Assembly: GCA_951406725.2 (NCBI GenBank)
Contig: OX597814.1
Location: 12,648,001-12,712,000, forward strand
DNA length: 64,000 nucleotides
Reading direction: 5' to 3'
Source of the DNA: Octopus vulgaris
Taxonomy: Eukaryota
The notes beneath the pieces are model-generated. The model saw only the letters and a list, made by a program, of their open reading frames with translations. It was not told where the DNA came from and searched no databases. Shown here piece by piece: positions 38,879-54,499 of this stretch. Position numbers and translations under genes: made by a program. Each line of letters begins with the position of its first letter. The first letter of the stretch is position 1.

Positions 38879-40942
38879 TAGTACCCAACAGTATTCATAG
38901 TACCCAACAGTCCTTCATATATTGCATGCAGACATCATAGAAACGATTTTCTCTCCCTCTATGAAAAAAATATTTTTCAATACACAATCACTACATAGAC
39001 ACAGAGAAACAACAACAAAAACACAAGCTCAACGCTCTCTCTATTCGCGAATCAATTAGTATGTTTGTTTTTGGTTTTCAATATGCTATGCATGACAGTC
39101 CAGCACACCCCAAATAGTTTCATTCCAAATTTAAGAAAATACTGCAGATTAGATATTGTAATGGCATTCAAAATGATAGACTATTCATGGATTCGATATC
39201 TATGTTTTTGAACATATGCCGTTCGATCACATATAGCATGGACTAAACGGCAATATGAATAACAACATCCTAACTTACTACAAATGTCATTATAAACATT
39301 GACGTTCAGACATATCAACTTAGCATATATAATAACATTGCCAAAACAACATTCAAATATCATTCTGTCGCTTTAATGTGAGAAAATACTTGACAGAAAT
39401 TTTTTTATTATTGTTTAAATACTTGTGTATATTTAGATATTGTTCATGCCTTGGACGGCTTGCTTGAGACATTGTGACAGACAGCTAGACTGTAATATCA
39501 CTAGATGATAAAGCTCGAGCTGTAACTATCAGAAGGAAACTGACGTTTATTTGGTAACAACAATTGTAACGAGTTTGCCCAAGGTCATAGCAGACTGATC
39601 AAATCCTTCCTAAAAGGTGTTGTAACAGAAATCATCCAAATTTTGTTTGTTCGTTGTTGCTCAAGGCGTTGCAGCTACGACCACCCCTTTGTTTCAATTG
39701 AAAATATTCAAGGTACTCATTGACAAATAATTCTCGATTTAATCATCTATTATTAAGTGTGTTGTTTAGGACGGTAGATCTCAAAACTAAACAACAGTAA
39801 AAGCAACAGTAGCAGGAATTATTCCTATCAATGACAAGTCACTAAATCACCTAAGCTTTTGGTTCAGTTAATTATCGTCCTCATATATAGTTGAGAATTG
39901 TTTTTATAACATTTGCCGCTGAAATGTAAAATGATACAACCGTATAGACGTATAACCAAGGGAACCTCTACAAGCTCGACCAAACGGCTAGAAAGCTCGA
40001 GCTTTCTAAAATCCTACTTTATCATCTTCCAACAAAAAACCGCCAAAAAGTTATTGGAAAACATATTCTGAATAAACTATTTCGATTTACAGTCGTCTAA
40101 GCTAGATACGATTAGATCTGAAGCAAAGCAACAACAGAAGCTAGCGTAATTTTTTTTTCCATTTCTTTCGCTTCTGAACTTACAGTATGAATTTTGCCTA
40201 CACTAAACTCAAACATGATCGATAATTTTCCTCTTTATAACACCCCTACGAACCGCATGCATTGTCTTACCGAAAAGTTCGTATCTGGAACTGCAGCACT
40301 CTAGGAATTTAAATCTTGCAGCTCTTCTTTTATAGTCAGCACGCAACTAAACTTTCTATCTGCGAATCTATCTCAACGGACTGGTTCGTTTAACAGCTGG
40401 CAACGCAGGTGTTTCGCCACATCTTTTTTCTCTAAAAGATAAATCCTCAAGGAGAAACGTACAGCCACTAACACTTATATACCAAGACAAGCTTGTGTGC
40501 GTGCATGTGTTTTTGTATATATATATATAAATATATAAGTATGTATGTAGACACACACAAGCCCAAACGTTGCTTTTTCAGAAAACGAAACTTAGTATCG
40601 CCATTCCATTTCTTTTTACATTAGCAACAGTTTCAGCTTAACGATAACATCTTGCTGGTTGCATAAAACCGTAGATCCATGCATGTATGATATTTTCACT
40701 CAGAAATATTTTTGTAAAACAGTCGTATGTGGGACTTACAACACTTTTGAGAAATGCTAAACCGTTGTACTACACTTAGACAATGTTAATATCTTGGCAT
40801 CTGATGCAGTTGGACATACAATAGTTTAACCGGCTATTGCAAGCTGTTGACTATGTATTGGATGGCAAGTTAAATACTGAAGGAAAAAAACGCATTTAGC
40901 TAAACCTGGACATATGACAGGTTAAGATAATAGCAATGATAC

Positions 40943-40995
<53 letters not shown>

Positions 40996-41120
40996 CATAC
41001 ATATATGTGTGGGTGTGAGTGTGTGTGTATGTGTGTGCATGCGTGCGTGTGTGTGTGTGCATATGTGCACATGCATATATGTACACATACTACAATCACA
41101 CACACATATACATATGTATG

Positions 41121-41172
<52 letters not shown>

Positions 41173-43039
41173 TATATACACATACATACATATACAGACA
41201 TATATAAATATACATATATATTATTTATATATATTTGTGTGTGTCTCTATGTGTATAAGTGATTGTACAACCATGTATGTGTATTATAAATTTAGGATAC
41301 TGTTATTTCTTGTTAGGTGGACCGAAGAGTTTACACCGATTGTCGTCTCTGCTTTAAAAATACAAACAATGCTAATTCACATAGAATGGATAATGGAAAT
41401 GTATAATTAAATATTGCAAAAACCTGTTATCATCTGTCTTTCGTAATTCCTTTTGTCTTCATGAACTTTCAAAATTGAAAATTTATTTATTTATACGACT
41501 GAATTAATTGCCACGGAGAAGAAAGGCAACTTTTAATGTCTGTTGTAACATTAGTGTCTTGTTTCATCTGGCATCTGCAAGTGCACATCTATAGGATACA
41601 TTTCGATGTGGTCGCTACAGCTTTGAAAATTATCTGTCGGTTGCATTGGTAATTTTAGGGGAACTGCAATAAAAATAATTCAATAAATCAATAAGATAAT
41701 AAAGTAAATGTTCAAATCTATGCAGCCTGTGATCTTCAGTGTGAAAAACAATTTTAGCGGAATTCATTTAGATTGGAATGAAGTAAAATGGCTAAGAAAC
41801 TAGACCCAGACTTTATGACATAAAATCTAATTAAATATTCTGTCTGGAATACTGAGGTAAAAATGAGCTTCATTCATTATTCCACATCTCATTCATTACC
41901 CGACCAACCCTTCTTAGTCTCTCATTACTTTGTATTTTGATATTTCTGGCTTCAAGAAGACCAATACATACGCACATAACATTGGATTTATTTAATCTGC
42001 GATTTACATCTTTTGAAAATGATATTTACGATTTTTTTTTAATGACAGACAGAGGAGATGAGGAGATGCAGTTATATTTTATTGAACAGTGACGATACTG
42101 CAATGGTTAACTACTGAAAAGAGAAATCGGCACCAACATCACTAACAAAGAGTATCTTAACACATTACATTTATAGCTCCTTAATATGTATTTATCTATT
42201 TTCAAAATATTTAAAAAAAAGTTATTTTAACTGCAGTAAGCGAAGTTATCTGCCTTTAGGCTCAGCTGTTTCTTCAGTCGCATTATTTAAAATGTTTTCC
42301 GTCTCAACGACCATCTTGTCTAAGTGTTTTCTGTTCTTTTACAATGTTATAAAATATCTCTGCTGGCACTTTATGCTTATCAAATATTGCAACCATAAAT
42401 TTAGTATTTTATTACATCACAGAGCGTTCCACTTCTTCATATTTTGTAACTGTTGGCTATTTGAGAATTTATGCCCATTCAAGTTCGTTCGCTTACTTTA
42501 TTTGTTTTTATTTCAATATGTTATTTTGATTCTTCGCTACTTGTATTTCTCTTGCTTTTCGCGGAGCTTTCGTTTCTAGTTCTTCTTTATGTAGCCTTTC
42601 ATAACATCGTTCTGGAATGGAGTCTAGCTATTTTGCTAGTCCTCTGAAGCATTGCCGCTCTAAATTAGAACGAATTCTTTGTGATGGTGCAGAAATACTC
42701 CAGGGTGGCATGCTTAATATTTGATTTGATGTTCCTGTTTTTTTTTGATGTTTAGCCCCTTGTGGGTAATAAAGAAATAGGTATTTTCACTAGCCCACAG
42801 AGAAATCTCTCGAATTTAATAATAACAATTTTCACAACTTTCTATTCTTGTGCTTCCCAAGAATTGGTTTTTGGTTGTTATGATTTTTAGGTATACTTGA
42901 CTGGTTGTTTTTGTATTATTTATCGAGTTATTTGCAATTCTAATGATTTACAGTCACAGTGGTTTTTTATTCTCATAGTTGTATTTTGCTTGTTAGTTGT
43001 TTTCTATAGTTCACCTTTCGTTTGAGGGCTGTGCCTGTA

Positions 43040-43390
43040 TTTTTTTTATTTGTTTCATTCATTTTTTTGGAGGCGGACATGCTGGAGCACCACCATTAGT
43101 CGAACAAATCGACCCCAGGACTTATCATTTGTAAGCCTAGTACTTATTTTATCGGTGGCTTTGCCAAACCGCTAAGTTACGGGGATGTAAACACACCAGC
43201 ATCGGTTGTCAAGCGTTGGTGGGAGGACGAACACAGACACACACACATAAACACATATACGACAGGCTTTTCTCTGTTTCCGTCTACCAAATCCACTCAC
43301 AAGGTTTTGGACGGCCCGAGGTGCCACGCAGTGGGACTGAACCCGAAACAATGTGGTTGATAAGCAAGCTACTTACCACACAGCCACTAG
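43040..43390 (-). mobile_element. SINE S1 with internal deletion
   Basis: S1 body and head present; about 27 nt missing before gtgccacgcagtggg. Confidence 0.85.
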
Positions 43391-44425
43391 CTATGAGGAT
43401 ATGTCATATTAAATTAGATAATTTGATAAAAATTAAAACTACCTTTGGCACATGGTTCAAATTTTTCAAGATTTTGTAAAAAAATATTTTCATAATTTCA
43501 TTTTCTCCCGGTAGTGTGTAGCGGTAAACTATATATGCGTTACAGAAAAGCATTCTTCTGGAATATTCGATAAACTTATCGTGGGTAATTACGTCTTAAT
43601 ATATAGAGTTCATCCTTTCGAGATCTATAAAATAAGTACTAGTTGAGCAGTGGAGTTGATGTCGTCGACATATGCTCTCACAGGAAATTACTAGCCTTGT
43701 GCTGAAATTTATAATCAATATATACAAACTTCGAGTTTTAAAATAGTAATGCAATCTCGAACCTGTACATAGGTGGAAAATCTATGTTTTATCTATAAAG
43801 CAAATGCATGGCATTTTGTTGATATATAGCCATTTGCTGGTTATATGTATGTATGTCATTATTCAGTTCATTTCAAGATTCTTTGCCAATAGAGTAAGAA
43901 CCGGTTTCTAACTTAGATCCAAGGTTCTTTCATTGGAATTTCAACATCAAAAACGGTATCTTTGTTTGTATGCATGCATGCATGCATGCATGCACACATG
44001 TATATATGCATATATGTAAGTATGTATTATGTTTTATGTATGTATACTCATGCATATAGCCACATATCTAGACATGCTCATATATATTTAAATGAAAAGC
44101 TTCTGGAAAGTTTTACAGATTTTTACAGTTCCGAATATGGATTGAATCTGTAGTCTTCGAATTAGCTTTCTCCTTTCTGAGAAGCCTACTTTCTCAAGAC
44201 TGGTATTTTGGCAGTGTGTTACATATCCCAGGGTGCAATTATTACAGGTATATAAACCTAAACTTGTAATCTGGATAGAGTAACTGCAGATTTCTCAATA
44301 GTTCAGCATATATATAAAAGCAAGCAAACTACAAGGACATTTGTGCAGCTCTGCGCCGGCAAGACATAAAAAATATAGAAAACAGTGAAAGGGGTACAGT
44401 GAACTTCCCATGAGCAGTGGAATAT

Positions 44426-44457
44426 CCAACGTTTCGGATTCAATCTTTCGTCAGTGG
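44426..44457 (-). ncRNA. Minimal Penelope-type hammerhead motif
   Basis: cca CUGACGA aaGAU-uga-AUCc GAAA CG UU gg, with palindromic AACGUU stem III. Confidence 0.5.
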
Positions 44458-45894
44458 GTACAGAAAAAGAGCAGTTGAAGAAAGACAGAGTTTAGTTCCT
44501 CTCAGATTGAAAAACTGGTTGCAACTAATAAGGGACGCAGAATTTGTGGGTGGGTTTGTATATTAGAGGGAGGTTGGACGAGTGGTGGGTGAAAGAGTGG
44601 AATACGGTCGGTGGAAGTGCGTGAAGACAGTAGGAGAGCTACGGTGCGGTTGATGGCTCGGGATCGGTGGAGTGCAGACTCGATCTAGACTGAGGATTAA
44701 ATACTATGCGAATGAATATATTAATCACGAATATATTTATTGCGCGTAGGATATAGCTGCGGCAGAATTATTAATACGACAGAAAGTTTATATAAAATCT
44801 AGAATATCTTGATCATTTTGTTGAAGGTTCGACAAGAAATTGATTATTTATAAAATTTCAGTATACATAAAAGTGGAAATGCTTCACGAAACACGTGTTC
44901 TAAATGGCAAGATAAGACTGGCATCTTTTCATGAAAAGAGAATTGATCGGCAGTCAACGATCAAGACTTAACTATCGCGCTATATTATTAAAACTTCGAT
45001 TTCAAAAGAAACTGTAAATAGAAGCACAAACCAATACGGCTTCAAAGTTATCTAGATAACTACGATCTCATTAATTTATTTGCTCGAAATACTTGACCCT
45101 CTTAGTCATAGTCCATCTACGCACAACACCAATATCACCATGGTCCTACAACATATCCTCGAATGTTGAAAACAGCAGCGATTCGTGCAGCTAGATCGAT
45201 AGAGGGTTTATTGAGAACCTCCTTACATTATCCCGAATAACTACGGCTCAATATACAACCAACATTCTGAGAGTTTTGAAATTCCACAAATGGCATGAAT
45301 TCCCCATCTTCAGTGTCAAATATTTTCAATTCTAAATTAACTGGAAATTTGAAGTTACTTCTCAAAACCAGGCTTTTCCTCTTATCCTGAAGTTATGAAA
45401 GACTGTTGAAACCGAAATAGATTTCAAGAAATTGTATTTAAAAAAGAGGTCGCGATTCTTTCGTAACTATCATAAAATTTCCTTGCACTATATCACATTA
45501 AAAATATTTCTAAAAATCTCAAACGTCTTTCTAAATTACACTACAGTTTTCATGACTATCGCGGTTCAGTTGCACTAATTTTCTGTGGAAGACACATACA
45601 AGTGCAAAACAGAACAATAAAAAATCAATCTTCTTTTACTTACTGCAACCTTGACAGTGCTTTCGACGTGGAACATGAGATGCCAGGTGAAGGGTTCTTC
45701 AGTATCATAGTTACTTAAATAACTTCATCTCACTGGTTCATGCGCTGTTCGATGGGGTATCAGGTTTGTTTCTCCGGTGAACAAATTTTCTTAACTATTT
45801 CCGGTTGAATTAAAATTGGGTTTCGTTCTTGCATCTACATTATTGTTGGTACACATGTCTGCGATTATTTGAAACTTATTCCTTACATATTGAT

Positions 45895-47120
45895 AAGGGC
45901 TATCCAAAAGTAATGGGAATCGTTGTAGTTCAGGCTTCTGTCGCTAGTAGCCAGTTGAGGCAATCCTCAGGTATCAGCCTGCCGACCGGCATCTTCATGT
46001 TATATCCTACTGTCACGTGGTGCGTCTCTTTTTGCCGTGCTTCTCCACTGTACATCGATTTTTGCAATGACTGAAACGAAGCAACATCTCGCTTCCGGCT
46101 GGAGAATACGGCAACCGAAACAGTTCTCATGATTCAAACAGCTTGCAAGGACGCTGCAATGAGCAAAACATAAGTTTACGAGTGGTTTCACGCTTTAAGA
46201 ATGGTCACTTGTTGCTTGAAAACAAACCTCGTTCGGGTCGATCGTCGACTATCCAAATGTATGAAAACATTAAGAAAATGTATGAACTGATCTTGGAGGA
46301 CCGTCGCTGAACAATTGATAAACTTGTTGATATTACTGATGTACCCTTGAGCTGCTGCCAACAAAATTTGACCGAGGAATTGCGAATGAAAAGGGTTGCA
46401 GCAAAATTTGTGTCTCATGCTCACGGAAAATCAAAAGCAGTCACGGCTGAATGCGTGATCTGAAAGAACAGTTAGAAGTTGATCCGAACACTTTTTCGAA
46501 GGTCATCACTGGTGACGAAAGCTGGTTTCCTACGTACCCCGTAACGAAGAAGCAATCAAGTTAATGGAAGCATTCGATGTCACCATGCCCTAAAAAACCA
46601 CGTCAAATGAAGTCCAATGTCAAGATGATGCTGATATGTTACACCAATGCAGAAAGAATTGTCCACATAAAATTTATTCCTCATGCATAAAGTGTTAACC
46701 AGATATTTTACTTGGCAGTTCCGAAGCGTTTGTCAGACGCGAGGAGATGAAAACGTCCCGACCTGTGGTAAAATGGAGAGTGAGGATTTCATCACGACGA
46801 TGTGCCAGAGCACATATCTTTGAATGTGAGACATATTTTGACCAAAAAGGCATGACCGCTCTTACCTATCATACCTGTTCACTCTTGCTCCCTGGGACTT
46901 CTTTTTGTTCCCCCAAACAAAAGAAGTCCTTAAAGGAAATCGTTTTGCAGATGTTGAAGAGATGGAGGAAAATACAACGGAGGTGTTAAAAGGCACCACT
47001 TCACAAGAGTCCAAGGACTGCTTCGAACAGTGGAAAACACGCCTTAACCGATGCCTTGCTTCTAATGGAGAATTTGTTGAAGGCGATAAAAGAGTAAGCA
47101 TGTAAAACTAAGTGAACAAA
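45895..47120 (+). mobile_element. Degenerate near-complete mariner transposon
   Basis: VYEWF..FKNG..PRSGR, MKRVAAKFV, KVITGDESW, KEVLKGNRFADVEE..CFEQWKTRLNRCLASNGEFVEG. Confidence 0.9.
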
Positions 47121-48556
47121 AGCCTGATTTTGGCCTCAACAGCATACTAGTAATCAACGCGTCTCAGTTTTAATTAGCATATGATAGTACAACACTCTTT
47201 ACATATTAATATATTTCTAAAGGTCTTCCTTACAGTTCTACAAACTTAAACAGCGGTAACACATGGGAACTAGACATTATTTCACCTTATGACAGTAAGT
47301 TTTGGGAACATATACTATTTGTTATACAGCAAATAATGAAAAAAATCTAAATCTAGTGTTATCAGTTTTCACATAACCATTACGACTATAACGAGTTACG
47401 GATAATCTTAATCATTAACTCTTTCAGATTCATTCTCAAAAGAAGCATTTTTCTTTTTTATACGCAATCCATGGCTTTCCGTATAAATGATTTGATCTTA
47501 TTTACTAAACACATTCTATGTAGTTAACTGCAGCTGTGATACCGATTTCAAAACACATTTACTTACATTTCTTGTGCTTCTATATTTTAGACATTAAACT
47601 TGCATTTAAATCTACACATTTCATACATGATTCGGTACCGCACCTTTTAGATCTTAACTATAAATATTTTGACCAAATAAATTTCTGCAAAAATTTCTAT
47701 AAAAATATGTAAGTGCTTTGCAATTACAAATTCCATCTCATGTAACACCTACAGCTATAATCAACATTCATACCCATTAAAAATCAAAATTTTGCTTGAA
47801 AATACATTTTATTTTTATACTCATGTTTCTTTCCCTTCACATTCTCTGTAATTTTCCGACTTCACTTTACATATTTACTAGTTTATAATGATACCAATAT
47901 GAATGTATATATATATATATGTAGGCAGCGTTCCGAATGTATACACACACACACATGATGTAGATTTATGTATGTATTTATGTATGTGAGTGCATACAAA
48001 AATTGTTGTCACGAAATTTGTTAAAATTATGACTGCCCACATTATTAGTCAAGTATGAAATGGACATATTATCGGTGCGGTGCATGTTTTCCGTTCGGAT
48101 GTCAAGATATGATGCGAGGTTAATTGGCAGAACGAATAATTCATGACTAATTTTATCTTCATTAGACGGATGTCATCCAATTCGATAACCTGTAACTAGA
48201 TTTTTACCCGTATTCTACGGTTGTGTATACACACAGATACATTTAGATACTGCACTGCATAAGCACAAAAAACCACGCTCTCATATATTCACGCAAGCGC
48301 ACGTATGCATATTCACATATAAACACAGGGTTATATATCCACGCGTAACATAAACGTTATTTACTAGTATAAAAGGTTTTATGCAAAGCTTGGATGTTGA
48401 TGCATACGTATTGCATATGTATACTGATACAGGCATAATCATTCATGCGCACATAAATATATTAAACACTCTTAATAATAAAATAACTCACCATAGACAT
48501 ATGAGTATAACATGTATGTATGTATGTAAGTTTGTATGTATGTATGCATGTATGTG

Positions 48557-48613
<57 letters not shown>

Positions 48614-48869
48614 ATATCAATCGATCTGTCTGTCTATCTATCTATCTATCTCTCTATATATTTAAATAATATTTAAGGTGAAAAAGCACAGAAATCTTGT
48701 TTGTGTAGATAAAGATTATTTCATCCATGACAATATGTACAGAGTCGACCGGTTTCGCTTCGCTAATCATGACTCAATTTTTAAAAAATCATTATAAGTT
48801 TTTGATTTAATATTGCGTCGAAGCTGGTATGATACAGTTTTGCGGTTATACAGGAGAATATAGCTCAAG

Positions 48870-49036
48870 GGTTTTCGCCGAGCCGCTAAATTACGGGAAT
48901 ATAAACAAACCAATACCGGCCATCAAGTGGTGGTGGCGTAAACAATAACAAGATGAAAAACACGCACATATACAAACACCACACACACATGCACAGACAC
49001 ACGCACGTACGCACGCACACTCACACATACACACAC

Positions 49037-49068
<32 letters not shown>

Positions 49069-49200
49069 CTGTCTGTCTACCAAGTCCACATACAAGGTTT
49101 TGATCGACCTGGGGATATTGTAGAAGACACATGTCCAAGATGCTACATATGAGCACCGAACCCGTAAACATGATGTTGGGAAATATACTTCTTACGCTAG
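48870..49200 (-). mobile_element. Diverged SINE S1-type copy
   Basis: gccgagccgctaaattacggg..aaaccaataccgg (body) and gtagaagacacatgtccaagatg..ccgaacccg (head). Confidence 0.7.
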
Positions 49201-49206
49201 ACCTAT

Positions 49207-49238
<32 letters not shown>

Positions 49239-49362
49239 ACACATACACATACACATATGTGTGTGAGTGTGCGTGCTACGTGCATGCATGTGCATGTGTG
49301 GTGTTTTTATATGTGCGTGTTTTTCAGCTTGTTATTGTTTACGCCACCACCACTTGACGACC

Positions 49363-50367
49363 GGTATTGGTTTGCTTAGGCGGCAAGCTGGCGGAAACGT
49401 TAGCACGCCGGGTGAAATGCTTAATAGTATTTCGTCTGCTACTACGTTCTGAGTTCAAATTCCGCCGAGGTCGACTTTGCCTTTCATCCTTTCGGGGTCG
49501 ATTAAATAAGTACCAGTTACGCACTGGGGTCGATATAATCGACTTAATCCGTTTGTCTGTCCTTGTTGGTCCTCTCTATATTTAGCCCCTTGTGGGTAGT
49601 AAAGAAATAGGTATTGGTTTGCTTAGGCGGCAAGCTGGCGGAAACGTTAGCACGCCGGGTGAAATGCTTAATAGTATTTCGTCTGCTACTACGTTCTGAG
49701 TTCAAATTCCACCGAGGTCGACTTTCCCTTTCATCCTTTCGGGGTCGATTAAATAAGTACCAGTTAAGCACTGGGGTCGATATAATCGACTTAATCCGTT
49801 TGTCTGTCCTTGTTGGTCCTCTCTATATTTAGCCCCTTGTGGGTAGTAAAGAAATAGGTATTGGTTTGCTTAGGCGGCAAGCTGGCGGAAACGTTAGCAC
49901 GCCGGGTGAAATGCTTAATAGTATTTCGTCTGCTACTACGTTCTGAGTTCAAATTCCACCGAGGTCGACTTTCCCTTTCATCCTTTCGGGGTCGATTAAA
50001 TAAGTACCAGTTAAGCACTGGGGTCGATATAATCGACTTAATCCGTTTGTCTGTCCTTGTTGGTCCTCTCTATATTTAGCCCCTTGTGGGTAGTAAAGAA
50101 ATAGGTATTGGTTTGCTTAGGCGGCAAGCTGGCGGAAACGTTAGCACGCCGGGTGAAATGCTTAATAGTATTTCGTCTGCTACTACGTTCTGAGTTCAAA
50201 TTCCGCCGAGGTCGACTTTGCCTTTCATCCTTTCGGGGTCGATTAAATAAGTACCAGTTACGCACTGGGGTCGATATAATCGACTTAATCCGTTTGTCTG
50301 TCCTTGTTTGTCCTCTCTATATTTAGCCCCTTGTGGGTAGTAAAGAAATAGGTATTGGTTTGCTTAG
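49363..50367 (+). repeat. Tandem array of four SINE S2 units (247-bp period), bounded by five copies of GGTATTGGTTTGCTTAG
   Basis: The 17-mer occurs at 49363, 49610, 49857, 50104 and 50351. Units have a tRNA-like head, a B box (gagttcaaattcc) and a central domain resembling the Meta-SINE domain. Confidence 0.95.
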
Positions 50368-51371
50368 ATTCCCGTAATTTAGCAGTTTGGCAAAAAAAAG
50401 GATGATCGAATAATCCCCAGGTTATCTGACTGCGGTAATAATGGACTGGTTCACCATTATACACTTTAAACCAATATACATTTGTCTCACTAAATCTCCT
50501 CCGCGTGCTACAGCTACGACAATCGTTGCCCCCCTGAAAAAAAACACGTTACTACATCTTTCATTCGGGATGTATTTAAGCATCACGTCTCTTACCCCAT
50601 AACTCTAAGCCATTCATTTCTGAACGCCTTAAAAGAACAGATTCCCCACGTTTTATCCTTAAAGAAACCCTTATATTCGTTCCCTTGTCATATTTTCTAG
50701 TAGACTTTCAAAAACATGCTGGAGCGGTAGATAAACAGGTTCAAAATTTGAATGGTGTTGGCGAAAATTAGTGCCTGTAACTGGCAAAGTGAACATCGAA
50801 TCCTTTTTCGAATCCTTTTTCCTACATCATATTGAATATTTTATTGGCAGTGTGTTTATATGAGAAATTCTTGTCACGCCATATTCAGAATTATAGCAGG
50901 AAGTTTTTGGGCTCTAATGGAAAAATGAGGTTTTATTAAAAAAAATTGTTAACAATTTTCCTTGTTTTCGTTAGATTTGTTTCCTTTGTAGCTGATATTG
51001 AAGGCTACTAATGTTGAGATAAGATTTTTAGCGCTTTGCTATAAGATGGTGAAAAGATAAATTATGGAAATGCAAAAAAGTGTTTGAAAAACTGATTATA
51101 TCAATATCAAGTATAATATACAAGTCATTGGTCTCCCTAAATATATTGGAGCATTGTAAATTAAAGTACAATATGCTGTGAAAAAGACAAAAAGGGAGTC
51201 ACTGCTACCACTTCTCTCTCTCCCTCAATCTCTCTCTATGTGCATGTGTGCGTATATATATATATATATACACACACACACATATACATACATATATATA
51301 TACATGTATATATATACATATATATATACACACACACATATACATACATATATATATATATATACATGTAT

Positions 51372-52278
<907 letters not shown>

Positions 52279-52737
52279 ATAAACTAAATGCAGGAAAATT
52301 TCATCAAAAAATTATCACAGAAGATATAAGTCCAAAATAATATTGTATTAACAGATGTATATATAAATATATTCCTGTGCATTAGAGGTTGGGAAATCAA
52401 CCAACTAAGGGATAGTACCTATCCAATATACTGCTGGTAGTGTACACAATTATTCATACCCAAGTGCTAGCTATTGCGTGGCAAGCTCGCAATTGAGTGT
52501 TATATATGGGCGGTGGTAAAAAGTGGTTTACCCTTAATTTATACCGCAAATAAGAAAATGGAGAGGATATAAAAACGACATACATCAGCCAGTAGACATT
52601 CTAGTATGTCTATTTATTCCAACGTATTAGAATGTATTAGATAAACATACATACACATGTATTAACCATGTATTGCATACACATGTACTAATATGACAGA
52701 AAAGAGTAAAAGATCAGATTGTCAGTAGATGCTAGTT

Positions 52738-52860
52738 CCTTACGGCCGTTTCTGCCAAGAGGCAAAGAAATCCTCCATGCTATCTCCATCTTTTCAGTGT
52801 TCAGTAGAAATGGGCAGATAAAGTTTGGACGATGAATGTGCCTCTAGGCTTTTTTAGAGG
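52738..52860 (-). ncRNA. Decayed hammerhead with long stem II
   Basis: CCU cuaaaaa(a) GCCuAGAGGCA...UGCCUCUuGGC a GAAA CGGCCG UA AGG. The CUGAAGA box has mutated to CUAAAAA. Confidence 0.45.
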
Positions 52861-53259
52861 GTCTAAGTGGTTGGGAGGGCTAATACATATAAGATACAGT
52901 TAACAGTAGGTACATTGTGTTTGTCCTTTTTGAAAAGGGCATCAAAAGAATAGGAGTAAAAATAACAAACATGAGGATGTGAGTGAAGTACAACTTACTA
53001 TAATGATTTGGGTATATATAAATATATATATCTATACATTTATCTAATATATTTATACATCTATCTATTAATACAATATTATTTTGAATTTATATCTGTT
53101 GTGATGATTTTTTGACGTAATTTTCCTGCACTTATTTTAAAATATAATATACAATCGCTCTTAATAAATGTCTAAATACTTTAAGGCTTTAGATATTTCC
53201 CTACCAAGAGCACATATTAAAGAATTCAGTATATTCTCATTGAATATATTTGATTAACG

Positions 53260-53300
<41 letters not shown>

Positions 53301-53313
53301 TATACACACACAT

Positions 53314-53427
<114 letters not shown>

Positions 53428-53524
53428 ATCCAAACATGAAAACACAAAGAGAAAACACAACAACGCTAGGACGTGGAACAAATATAGTATTATTGGACGC
53501 TCTGGAAGGAAAAGAAGAAGGAGG

Positions 53525-53559
53525 GTTTAACGTTTCGAGCGGAGCTCTTCGTCGGAAAC
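53525..53559 (-). ncRNA. Minimal Penelope-type hammerhead (U4C variant) inside a ~220-bp element (53424-53640)
   Basis: GUUU CCGACGA a GAGC-ucc-GCUC GAAA CG UU AAAC. Stems I and II are perfect and stem III is palindromic. Confidence 0.65.
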
Positions 53560-54129
53560 ATATGAGAAGGAAAGATCCAGAGAAGGGAAGTCAGGAAGAA
53601 AAATCGCCAACGGTACACACGCGGTCACATTTTGAATGATATATATATATACATACATGCAGTTTAATCCTTCGTCATATCACTGGTTATTATTTAAGCT
53701 CACGTCGATTCCGCCGTGTTGTTTTGCATTTATAAAAAATAAATGCATACAAATTATGAAAATAATAATAAATAATATACAGTACTGTTTCTACTCCGGG
53801 AGGGTTTAGATCGTAACACCCGCGACAATCGAGGGATTACTGTATATACACACACGAAGACATGCTAGCTTTAAGGGTGTCGCGAAGGGCATGGCTGGAG
53901 GCGCAACCTTCCGAGTTCTTTTACAGCGCTTAGAAGGACCGCTGCAATAAGTGTTTTCATCTGCGAGTGGAATATATTGAATAAAAACTTAACTGATCCT
54001 TCTATATTTTCTGTTAACCAGAGCTAAGTGCACCTCCAGTGCACCTTTGTGCATAAATGATATATATACATACCTATATATATATGTATACACATATGCA
54101 TATACATACATACATGTACGTATATATGT

Positions 54130-54300
54130 ACACACACACATACGACGAGCTTCTTTCAGATTCCATCTAGCAAATCCACCTAATGTTTGTCTGCTCGATG
54201 CTATAGTAGAAGACACTCGCCCAAGATGCCACGCAGTGGGACTGAACACGGAACCATGTGATTGGAAAGCAAGCTTCTTACCATACAGCCACGCCAATGC
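54130..54300 (-). mobile_element. SINE S1 5' half
   Basis: gccacgcagtgggactgaac..aagcttcttaccatacagccac. Confidence 0.8.
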
Positions 54301-54402
54301 TTTTTTCTGTCTCTTTCTCTTTCTCTCTCACACTCTCTCTCTACGGACACACACATTTATATTTGCTTAAAGGGTCTCGACCTTTCAAATTTTTTATTTT
54401 AG

Positions 54403-54496
<94 letters not shown>

Positions 54497-54499
<3 letters not shown>

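Noticed and set aside
41317-41375. Possible last lysozyme exon: ttcttgttag|GT GGA CCG AAG... reading GGPKSLHRLSSLL*
   Set aside because: It resembles the HNGGP motif end but stops early and lacks the conserved YW. No middle exons were found between it and 25982. It could be chance or a decayed exon, so it is not called.
44780-45560. Possible very decayed Penelope RT (TNGM..P.S..NIF-like remnants)
   Set aside because: Motifs too eroded to support without a profile search.
49363-50367. CRISPR-like repeat-spacer appearance, and repeated 72-75 aa ORFs
   Set aside because: The spacers are near-identical SINE copies, the context is eukaryotic, and there are no cas genes. The ORFs are incidental SINE translations.
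53778-53845. Tiny TA-flanked element with CAGTA...TACTG ends
   Set aside because: The inverted match is only a few bases. It may be a deleted pogo/Tigger MITE but cannot be supported.
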